Origin: an uncultured Candidatus Saccharibacteria bacterium
Lineage (GTDB): Bacteria; Patescibacteriota; Saccharimonadia; Saccharimonadales; Saccharimonadaceae
Length of the DNA stretch: 33,768 nucleotides
Direction: 5' to 3'
NCBI GenBank assembly: GCA_945916045.1
Contig: CAMEGH010000001.1
Span: 1-33,768 of the forward strand
Positions within the stretch are counted from its first letter, which is position 1. Each line of letters starts with the position of its first letter. The notes under the pieces are model-generated. The model saw nothing but the letters and a program-made list of their open reading frames with translations, had not been told where the DNA came from and did not search any database. Positions 22,332 through 30,600 of this stretch are shown in pieces. The position numbers and the translations under genes are program-made.

Positions 22332-22837
22332 TATTTACTCCTTACGGTTATGCTCAGATTGCGACCAGCCATCTGAGGTTTCTGTTCAACTACTGCATCT
22401 TCTTCAAGCATGGCAATAATACGTTCGATAAGTTCGAATCCGAGTTCCTTGTGCGCCATCTCGCGACCGCGGAAGAAAATCATGATTTTTACTTTGTTGC
22501 CGTTTTCAAGGAACTTGCGGATTTTTCGCAGCTTGATTTCAAGGTCGTTCTGGCCGATCTTGAGCCCAAGTCGCATCTGCTTCAGCTCGCTTGTTTTTGC
22601 CTTTTTGCGGTTCTTCTGTAGCTCTTTCATCTTTTGGTACTGGTATTTACCCCAGTCGATGATTTTTGCCACAGGAGGCGCAGCATTAGGCGATATTTCT
22701 ACGAGATCGACTCCTGCTTCGTCGGCAAGGCGCTGGGCCTCTGTATACGACATGATGCCGAGTTGTTCTCCGTCTGTACCGATAACGCGTAGTTCCTTTG
22801 CTCGGATCTGCCCGTTAACGCGAACTGATTTACTAAT
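22331..22837 (-). CDS. infC: translation initiation factor IF-3, ATT start codon
   Basis: The ORF-track ATG is internal. The in-frame upstream translation (I)[29 protein letters not shown] is the conserved IF3 N-terminus. ATT at 22835-22837 lies 8 nt after AAGGAG, and an in-frame TAA lies 5 codons further up. Confidence 0.9.
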   Translation of the reverse strand: MSKSVRVNGQIRAKELRVIGTDGEQLGIMSYTEAQRLADEAGVDLVEISPNAAPPVAKIIDWGKYQYQKMKELQKNRKKAKTSELKQMRLGLKIGQNDLEIKLRKIRKFLENGNKVKIMIFFRGREMAHKELGFELIERIIAMLEEDAVVEQKPQMAGRNLSITVRSK

Positions 22838-22990
22838 CGCTGTAGCTCCTTCTTAAAGTTAACAGAGTAGTTGAAATTACTCGCATACTATAATATCAAA
22901 TTCTATAGAGAAGTACAAGGGGTGACGGAGGATTTTGCTGGCGCGTTTGTTGCGCGGTGACTTGCTGGCGCAAATGAGGTGCAATTTTGG

Positions 22991-24517
22991 TTACTGCTGG
23001 GCAATTTGCTGGCGATATTGGAGCGCTTCGGAAAGGTGCTGCGGTTCGATGGTGGGGCTGTTTTCAAGATCGGCAATGGTGCGGGCGACTTTGATAGTTT
23101 TGAAATAGCTGCGGGCGCTGAGCTGTAATTTTTCGCTGGCAAGATTAAGGATGTGTTCAGCTTTGGGCGAAAGCTGGGTGAGTTCGGCGATATTTTTACT
23201 GGCTAGTGAACTGTTGTATTTATTATTGTTTTGGTATCTGTTACGTTGATTTTGCGTGGCGGTGTGAATTACTTTTTTAGCAGTAGAGTGTTGCGTTTGT
23301 TGCAACGTGCTTATGCTTTGAAGAAACTTGTTGCTCGGTACGCGCGCCACGTTTATGACTAAATCAATGCGATCTAACAGTGGTCCCGAGAGGCGCTTTT
23401 GATATTGTAAGATGTGGTTATTACTACAGCTGCATTCTTTGCTTTCGTCGCCAAAATAGCCGCATGGGCAGGGGTTCATGGTAGCCACAAGCATGAAATC
23501 GGCTGGGTACGAAACGTGTCCATGGGCGCGCGTGATCGAAATAGTATTGTCTTCAAGCGGCTGGCGGAGTGATTCTAAAACGGAGCGCGGATATTCAGGA
23601 ATTTCGTCCAAAAACAACACGCCGTGGTGGGCTAAACTAATTTCGCCCGGGCGCGGTTTGGCGCCGCCGCCGATCAGCGACGTGCGACTGGCGGTGTGGT
23701 GCGGCGAGCGAAACGGGCGAGTGGTAATGATATTTTCGGTAGCCTCACCAGCTAGGCTGTGGAGCTTGGTGACGGCGATTTTTTCGGTATTGGTGAGCTC
23801 TGGCAAAAGATGCAGCAAGGTTTTGGCGAGCAACGTTTTGCCGCTACCGGGTGGCCCGTTGAGCAGGATATTATGGCGCCCGGCCACGGCAATCGTGAGG
23901 GCGCGTTTGGCTTGCTCTTGGCCAGAAATATCGTCGAGCGTGGTGTGAGCAGCTAATTCGTCGTCTTGGCTGGGCGCTTGCTCGTCTGCCAGGAAACTGA
24001 TGTGTTTTTCACCTTTCAAAACAAGAAATAACTCTTTAAGCGAGCTAATTGGCAGAAGCTCAATGCCTTCAACCAGCTGCGCTTGTGCAATATTTTGTGG
24101 TGGCAAATACAATGTTTTGATGCCATTATCGCGCGCGGTTTCGGCCATATTAATAATGCCGCGCACCGGCCGCACAGAGCCATCAAGCGCGAGTTCGCCT
24201 ACGAACGCACGATTATCTAATTGCGCTTGTTTTAGCTGGCCGCTGATGCACAAAATACTGAGTGCGATCGCGATATCGTAATGCGTGCCGTCCTTCGGAA
24301 GTTCGGCGGGTGCCAGGTTTATGGTAAGTTTGCGCGCCGGAAATTCCAGTAAAGAATTGGTAATAGCACTACGCACGCGCTCTTTGGCTTCATCGATCGC
24401 CTTATTACCCATGCCGACAATCTGTAAGGAAGGGAGCCCCTGCTTGGCATCGCTTTCAACCTCTACGAGTGCCCCCGAGAAGCCAGTTGGTGCGATACAA
24501 GTCACTTTGGCTACCAT
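22991..24517 (-). CDS. comM: YifB/ComM-family Mg-chelatase-like AAA+ ATPase
   Basis: MVAKVTCIAPTGFSGALVEVE..., GPPGSGKT, FLDEIPEY and the CPCGYFGD...C.C zinc motif. Start moved to the ATG at 24517; the longer ORF would overlap ssrA. Confidence 0.9.
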   Translation of the reverse strand: MVAKVTCIAPTGFSGALVEVESDAKQGLPSLQIVGMGNKAIDEAKERVRSAITNSLLEFPARKLTINLAPAELPKDGTHYDIAIALSILCISGQLKQAQLDNRAFVGELALDGSVRPVRGIINMAETARDNGIKTLYLPPQNIAQAQLVEGIELLPISSLKELFLVLKGEKHISFLADEQAPSQDDELAAHTTLDDISGQEQAKRALTIAVAGRHNILLNGPPGSGKTLLAKTLLHLLPELTNTEKIAVTKLHSLAGEATENIITTRPFRSPHHTASRTSLIGGGAKPRPGEISLAHHGVLFLDEIPEYPRSVLESLRQPLEDNTISITRAHGHVSYPADFMLVATMNPCPCGYFGDESKECSCSNNHILQYQKRLSGPLLDRIDLVINVARVPSNKFLQSISTLQQTQHSTAKKVIHTATQNQRNRYQNNNKYNSSLASKNIAELTQLSPKAEHILNLASEKLQLSARSYFKTIKVARTIADLENSPTIEPQHLSEALQYRQQIAQQ

Positions 24518-24593
24518 AATACCCCTTAGTATGGCAAAGCGCTTTCGTTTGCGCAAGCAGTTTATGGGCAAAATGTGGTATACTATAAGGTAT

Positions 24594-25000
24594 GGGGCTG
24601 ATATAGCTTTCGACAATTGGACTTTAACAGAATATTCTGCAGATCGAACATGCACGATACGCATAATTTTAATTGCAAAATCAAACGTTGCAAACGCATT
24701 TGCTAGCCTAAAGAGCGCTTTCGCTGCTCCAAAGATGGCTTTTGCGCCAATCGCTGCCTAGTTTAGCGATCATTCTGTCTTAGCTACGCAACAGTGCTAA
24801 GCGGAGTGTTATACTTTTTGTTGCTTGCTGCGCGGGCAGGAAGCGGCTCCCGTGCGGGACTTTTTCCGCGTAACCGCCGCGTTTATTTTTGACTTATTTT
24901 ATAGAACGCGGTGGTTATAAAACATCTAAACGAGTCTATGTCTGTAGAGGAATATTTTGTTACCGGTTGGACCGGGGGGCAGTACCCCGCAGCTCCACCA
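24594..25000 (+). ncRNA. ssrA: tmRNA (transfer-messenger RNA)
   Basis: 5' GGGGCTGAT..TTTCGAC and 3' GGACCGGGG-GGCAGTA-CCCCG-CAGCTCC-ACCA. E. coli has GGACGCGGG-UUCAACU-CCCGC-CAGCUCC-ACCA; G3:U70 is preserved. The tag frame runs from GCA at 24675 to TAG at 24759-24761 and reads AKSNVANAFASLKSAFAAPKMAFAPIAA. Extended -10 TGgTATACT at 24576-24584. Confidence 0.9.
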
Positions 25001-25010
25001 TACTGTATGT

Positions 25011-25040
25011 AAAGCGCCTTATTGTGAGGCGTTTTTGTTT
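25011..25040 (+). terminator. intrinsic terminator after ssrA
   Basis: Stem aaagcgcct/aggcgtttt with a 7-nt loop, then TTGTTTT. Confidence 0.75.
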
Positions 25041-25133
25041 TGGCTTGAATATGGAACGTGAATGGATGACGGAACGCTGTGCTGCGATGGATAAGTGCCG
25101 GGCGCTGTAGGTTGCAGGAGGGGTAAAATCCCG

Positions 25134-25240
25134 GAAAATAAAAACAACCGCCTGCGAGGAACGGTTGTTTTTGTGTGGAGTTTTTTGAAGAGTATTCTGT
25201 TTATTTTTGAGTTCCTGGATAATTTTTTTATTCAAGAACT
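25134..25240 (-). ncRNA. candidate ~105-nt sRNA (promoter-to-terminator unit)
   Basis: Begins about 7 nt downstream of a perfect TTGACA-17-TATTAT promoter. It has an internal 8-bp hairpin agttcttg/caggaact. It ends at the terminator aacaaccg/cggttgtt (25143-25150 / 25162-25169) plus TTTTTATTTT. The only ORF (TTG start) reads through the terminator. Confidence 0.4.
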
Positions 25241-25246
25241 ACCCCT

Positions 25247-25275
25247 ATAATATGATGTCAAAGCGCTTGTGTCAA
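25247..25275 (-). promoter_or_regulatory. consensus sigma70 promoter (TTGACA-17-TATTAT)
   Basis: Minus strand reads ttgaca-caagcgctttgacatca-tattat. Confidence 0.55.
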
Positions 25276-26297
25276 CGATTTTGCAAAAGTTTTTTATCTT
25301 TTTTGTTTTAGCCTGTGGAAAACCCATATCTAGTGGTATCGACACAAAATCAACACTATGTAAATAGGGTGCGGGCGAACAATGATTGTAGCGCGTGGAA
25401 TTTGGGTGTTTGTAGGGTGGTGTAGTGTAGGTTGGGTGTTTTGTGAATGGAGGGTAGATGTTTGTTTTTGACGACGCGGGGATTATGTGGGTGTGGCGAC
25501 TGAGTGGGTAATTCTTGTGTGGTTGTGGTTGGCGGCAAAATTGTTACGTTGTTGACTTAAAAGTGCCTGCCGTAGATCTTTGCATCCACTATGTGCCGCA
25601 CATAGCGATGCAATGCGAGTACGCGTTTGCAGCGCAGGTTGGTTTTGTAGCAATATGAAGATTTGTAGCGCGTAGCGCAAAAAACCGCCGCGGCAAAGTT
25701 CGGTGCTTAATCGTCAAATTGGCGGGCGGAAATAATTTTGCGCCGCGTGTTGTTTTTTGCGGGTGGGAAAACAGCAAAAATAATACGCCGCAAAAATGGT
25801 GAGGCAAAATGTGCATGGCGTATGGCAGTTTTCGTAAAGACTTTTTTGCGTCTAATTTTTAACGTGCGGGGCAGCTACGCAAAAATCTTTGCTGTAGAAA
25901 GCGTGTGGGTTCGCGCGCAAAATAGCGATAAGTGTAATGCGCACGGCTGGCGCAAAAACAGTATTTCGTTGTAAATAAAGCATATGCTTTTTGGCGCAAA
26001 ATGTCAAAGGGAAAAAAGTAAATAAGTAATGTACGGGCAAAATAGCTCCAGCAGAGTAGGGTACTGTGGCGCTTTGCTGCATAAAAAAAGGGGGTGCAAT
26101 TACGCCACCCGCTCGCGTAAAAACAAGCACGTACACGGCAAAAAACCACAAATTTGACCGTCCTGGCGCAAATAAGTGCTCAATTAATATAATTATTTAC
26201 AACGTTATAATCACCACAACATATATAAAATAACAGAGGTACAAAAACGATGTAGAGAATAACTATTTTATTTACAACAATAAAAGCATAAAAAGTA

Positions 26298-26326
26298 TTG
26301 ACAAAAAGCGTAAGCCTTGCTATTAT
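26298..26326 (+). promoter_or_regulatory. consensus sigma70 promoter (TTGACA-17-TATTAT)
   Basis: ttgaca-aaaagcgtaagccttgc-tattat in an AT-rich context. The next credible CDS start is about 480 nt downstream. Confidence 0.6.
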
Positions 26327-26814
26327 GGGTACAAGCTTTTAGAAAAACAAACAAAAGCAAAAAACCTTAACAATCTGGCATATGTCGAAAACGATCTCGC
26401 AGCTCACATCACGTATGGTGTAGTTTGACGAAAAGTTGGCAGCTTCAATGACGATGCGCGGCTACGGCGACGGGTAAATCTTTTACTTTTTGTTGCTATG
26501 GTTACAACGCTTGTTTATTGGTGTTGCCGATGCTCCGTCAAATTTATTTGATGTTTGAGCGCACGGTATGCAAGTACCGATTGCACCTAGTTAATCCCTG
26601 TTTTACAAAAACAAGCAGTGTGACTACTAGGTGTGATCTGGGAACGGTCCGTAAGTTTAGATATGCTCGAACTTTGTTCGAGCGGTCAGTCGCCTTTGAG
26701 TAGTGATTGAGCCGTTTTGTCGCCCGCCCTTTTAATTGTTTTACAGCGGTGGTTGCCGGCAGGGGTTCGCAAAGTCACTACTCAGGCACCATAATCTTTA
26801 GTATACTACTGCTT

Positions 26815-27201
26815 ATGGTACAAAAAATTATTGGTATTGTTGGAATTGTCGCCGCAGGATTGCTGGTGTATATTTTGAACGCTACCACGCCTACCGAAGC
26901 CGGTGCTCTTGGGGTGTTGGCTGTTTTTTTATTGTCGTATATTCTGTTGGCCGCCGCGCTGACCTTTTTTATTTTTTGGCTGTACCGAGTGGTGATTCGC
27001 GTGTTTTGGAGTGATAAGCCAGATACCGGCCGGCAGCATTTTACATTGAAAAAATCCTATTATTATTCATCTGTGTTGGCGCTTGGGCCGGTGATGATGG
27101 TGAGTTTGCGATCAGTCGGGCAGGACGGCTGGGTGCAATATGGCTTGATGCTTTTCTTGCTGTTTTTGGGGTGCGTTTACGTATCGCGCCAAGCCTCGTA
27201 A
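26815..27201 (+). CDS. small integral membrane protein (hypothetical), first gene of the T4CP-like cluster
   Basis: MVQKIIGIVGIVAAGLLVYIL... with 3-4 TM helices. The ATG lies 7 nt downstream of TATACT (26802-26807). Confidence 0.6.
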   Translation: MVQKIIGIVGIVAAGLLVYILNATTPTEAGALGVLAVFLLSYILLAAALTFFIFWLYRVVIRVFWSDKPDTGRQHFTLKKSYYYSSVLALGPVMMVSLRSVGQDGWVQYGLMLFLLFLGCVYVSRQAS

Positions 27202-27243
27202 AAGAGGTGCTTTTTTGTGTACGCTTATGCTATAATGGCAGGT

Positions 27244-27687
27244 ATGCAGCCAGAGTTTTCACCACAGGCACGAGGCGGAGAGGCGCCGCCAAATCAATAC
27301 GGCCAAGGGTACGAAGTACCGCCTAATTTTGCATTGCCAGAAATGGCCCCTGGGCAGAATTTTGAAGCGCCACTGCAATCGCCTGAACAGGCGATGGAAC
27401 GCAGTCCGATTGAGCTTGCGCCGCAGCCACCGCAAATGTTGCCGCAGCAGCCGATGCCAATGACGCCGGCGCCGCTGCCAGCCACACCGCAACCACAGGT
27501 GGAAGTGGGCAATCCAGTTGCCGCAAACGACGACGACACGATCGAAAAAGAATGGGTTGATCGCGCAAAACAGGTGATTATTCAAACACGTGACGACCCG
27601 CGCGCTCGTGAAAAGGCAATCGGCGCGTTGCAGCGAGATTATTTAATGAAACGGTATGGCAAGGAACTTGGCGCGACAAACGACTAG
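27244..27687 (+). CDS. hypothetical protein: Pro/Gln-rich disordered N-terminus plus a conserved-looking helical C-terminal domain
   Basis: MQPEFSPQ...PQPPQMLPQQPMPMTPAPLP..., then TIEKEWVDRAKQVIIQTRDDPRAREKAIGALQRDYLMKRYGKELG. The ATG lies 7 nt downstream of TGcTATAAT (27228-27236). Confidence 0.55.
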   Translation: MQPEFSPQARGGEAPPNQYGQGYEVPPNFALPEMAPGQNFEAPLQSPEQAMERSPIELAPQPPQMLPQQPMPMTPAPLPATPQPQVEVGNPVAANDDDTIEKEWVDRAKQVIIQTRDDPRAREKAIGALQRDYLMKRYGKELGATND

Positions 27688-27696
27688 GGTGGAACA

Positions 27697-30600
27697 ATGA
27701 TTGGCGTAATTGTAGCAGTATTCTTTATTATCGTAATCCTGATTGTGGCAGGCGGGCTTATTTATTATGCTTACCAGGGAACGCTGCGCGAGGCAAAAAA
27801 TTACGAACGTGGCTTAAAAATGGTGCCAATGTTGATTCATTTGCCGCCGCCAAGCGACGACCTTGAGACAGGCGGGCGTGATGCGCGCGATGTGACCGAG
27901 GAGCTTTTGAGCCAAGCGCAAGTGATGTATAACATTATTGCCAGTACGTCGCTAAAAGGGTTTAAGCACCGTATTTATGGCCAACGCCACGTATCGTTTG
28001 AGCTTGTCGCTAAAAATGGACTCATTTATTATTACGCGGTGGTGCCAATTGTGTTGGTAGATACTGTGAAGCAGGCGATTGCGGCGGCGTATCCGTCGGC
28101 GCGGCTAGAAGAGGTCGAAGAGCATACAATTTTTGCTGAAGGCGGGCGCATGACGGGCATAATTGGTGGCGAATTTACGCTGCAAAAAAGCCACGCCTAC
28201 CCAATTGCAACGTATCAAGAATCGAAACGAGATGCTTCGCGTGCGCTGCTTAATGCGCTTTCGACCGCAACGACGAAGGACGGCATCGGCATTCAATTTT
28301 TAATACGCCCGGCGCAAGAAGGCTGGGTAAAATCGTCGCTTGATACGGTAGAGCGCATCAAAAAGGATCGTGCCACGGGTAAATCGTCAGGCTCGGTTAT
28401 TGGCAAACACGGTATGCGCGGCGTGGCCGAAGTATTGTGGAAACCACCAAACGCGGAAAATTACCAAGAAGAGCACAATGTTGATACGCAACTAACCGCG
28501 CTTGAGCAGCAGTCGATTGATGCGATTGAAGAAAAAACTCGCTATCCGGGCTACGAAACGCTGATTCGCGTGGTGGTTTCTTCTGACACTGCAATGCGCT
28601 CACAAACGCTCATGAAAAACGTCGTGGCGTCGTTTTCGCTGTTTGATTCACCAAGCTATAACGGCTTTAAATTTATTCCCACGCGCAATGTTGACGATTT
28701 GGTAACGTCCTACATTTTCCGCTTTTTCCCGCAATCGGTAAAGACGAATATTCTTAATTCTGTAGAATTGGCGACGCTTTTCCACTTGCCAGATCAAAAG
28801 AATATTCCAACCGCGCAGGTGAAGCGCCAAATGAGCAAGCAGGTTGACGGCCCAACCGAGCCAATGGATAGCGGATTTTTGCTTGGCTATAACGAATTCC
28901 GTGGCCTGAAAAAGCCAATTCGCCTGAGCGACAACGATCGCCGCCGCCATTTGTATATGATTGGGCAAACTGGTACTGGTAAGTCAAAATTCCTTGAAAA
29001 TTTGGCCTTCCAAGATATGTTGGACGGGCGCGGGTTTGCGTTTATTGATCCGCACGGCGACTCTGCCGAGGTGTTGATGGGCGCGGTGCCAAAAGAGCGC
29101 GTCGAAGACATTATTTACTTTAATCCATCCGACATGGACAACCCAATCGGGCTCAATATGTTTGAATTTAACACGCCCGACCAAAAGGACTTTTTGGTCC
29201 AGGAGGCAATCGGGATGTTGTACGGATTGTACGACCCGGGCCACACCGGTATTATTGGGCCGCGTTTGGAGCATATTTTCCGTAACGCGGCGCTGCTATT
29301 GATGTCCGACCCGGCAGGCGGCACGTTTATCGATATTCCAAAGCTGTTGGTCGACCAAGAATTTATGAAGAGCAAGCTAAAATATGTGACCGACCCGACC
29401 GTGCTCGAATTTTGGACAAAAGAATGGCCGGCCTCGCAAAAATCAAGCGAAGCGGGTGAATTGGTGAGCTGGGTGGTTTCCAAATTTGGGCCGTTCCTTT
29501 CCAACGACGCCATGCGCAATATTATTGGCCAAACTAAATCTGGCTTTAATTTGCGCGACATTATGGACAACAAAAAAATCCTTATCGTCAATCTTTCAAA
29601 GGGTAAAATGGGCGAATTGAATTCTAAGTTGCTTGGTATTATCTTTGTGATGAAGTTCCAAGCGGCAGCCATGGGGCGCGCCGATATGCCAGAAGACGAG
29701 CGCGAAGATTTTAGCTTGTATGTCGACGAGTTCCAGAACTTTATGACCGAAAGTTTTGAGTCGATTTTGTCGGAAGCGCGAAAATACCGTTTGAGTTTGG
29801 TGCTTGCGAACCAGTTTATGACGCAGCTAACCGATAAGATCCGCGAGGCGATTATCGGAAACGTCGGTACGGTGATTAGCGGTCGTATTGGTATTACCGA
29901 CGCCGAAATGCTGGTGAAGAAGTTTGAGCCGGTGTTTAGCGCGGAAGATATGACAAAAATGCCGAACTTCCAGGGAATCGCCAGCGTGATGATTAATAAC
30001 ACGCCGTCTGCGCCGTTTAGCATGTCGTTTACGCCACCGCTTGCGAAGTCGCAAGAGAAGATTGCGGCTGCAATGAAGCGGCTTGCTGCCACGAAATATG
30101 GCCGCCCGCGTGCAGAAGTTGAGGCAGAGATTAAGAAGCGTATTGCCGCGAATGTCGGGCAGCCAGGTGCGCGACCAGCGGGTGTGGCTCCGGGCGGTGC
30201 GCCAAAGAAGCCGGGTAGTTCGTCGTTCTTGGATGACTGGTTGGCGAAACGGCAACAATCGGGTGGCGCGCGACCAGGGGTGATTAAGCAGCCGACTAGT
30301 GCTCCGCAACAACGACCGGCTGGGCCCGGGCCGCAATCTCAATCCCTGCAGCCAATGCCGCAACAAGCACCGCAGCCGCTCACGGGTGCACCGGGCGGAA
30401 TGCAGCAACCAGCGCCGCAATCTATGGCGCCACCACAAATGGCTGCACCGGCGCAATCGCAACCGATGGCAGGTGCTGCACCAGCTCAGGCGCAACAGCA
30501 GCCAATGCAATCATCGGCGTCGGGCCAGTTTGGCGAACAGCCTGTGCAGGCTCCACAGCAGCAGTTTGGCGGGCAGTCGCCGCAGCCGCAATCACAAACG

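Noticed and set aside
24285-25235. ORFs 24285-24761 (+), 24889-25110 (+) and 24960-25235 (-).
   Set aside because: They overlap the tmRNA gene. The first merely contains the tag reading frame. The last runs through two terminators. None has an SD or a recognisable motif.
25246-25310. A 19-aa ORF (MMSKRLCQRFCKSFLSFLF) as a type I toxin, paired with the antisense sRNA candidate.
   Set aside because: The plus-strand TATAAT abuts the ATG, so a transcript would start downstream of it. The peptide is too short for a TM helix, and there is no SD.
25660-26180. Apparent enrichment of (G/C)GCAAAA words (about 15 copies) suggesting an array or iterons.
   Set aside because: Spacing is irregular (14-101 nt). 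GCGCAAAA-type words are also common inside coding regions across the window (for example 2873, 3108, 4303, 10574, 11987, 14073). This is most likely a genome-wide oligonucleotide bias, perhaps retained from decayed coding sequence.
26393-26410. Possible att-type duplicate of the ssrA 3' end (cgcagctcacatca against cgcagctccacca).
   Set aside because: Only 8 contiguous matching nt, which is expected by chance in a 33-kb window. There is no integrase or other island hallmark.
26557-26590. Group II intron domain-V-like hairpin (AGC...cggta-tgcaag-taccg with a 3' bulge).
   Set aside because: The lower helix is only about 3 bp instead of about 9. The loop is not GNRA. No other intron domains and no IEP/RT ORF are nearby.
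29115-30510. Long minus-strand ORFs 29115-30092 (325 aa) and 29827-30510 (227 aa).
   Set aside because: They lie entirely antisense to the T4CP-like ATPase, whose Walker motifs validate the plus frame. Their composition is Ser/Ile/Arg-biased with no motifs.
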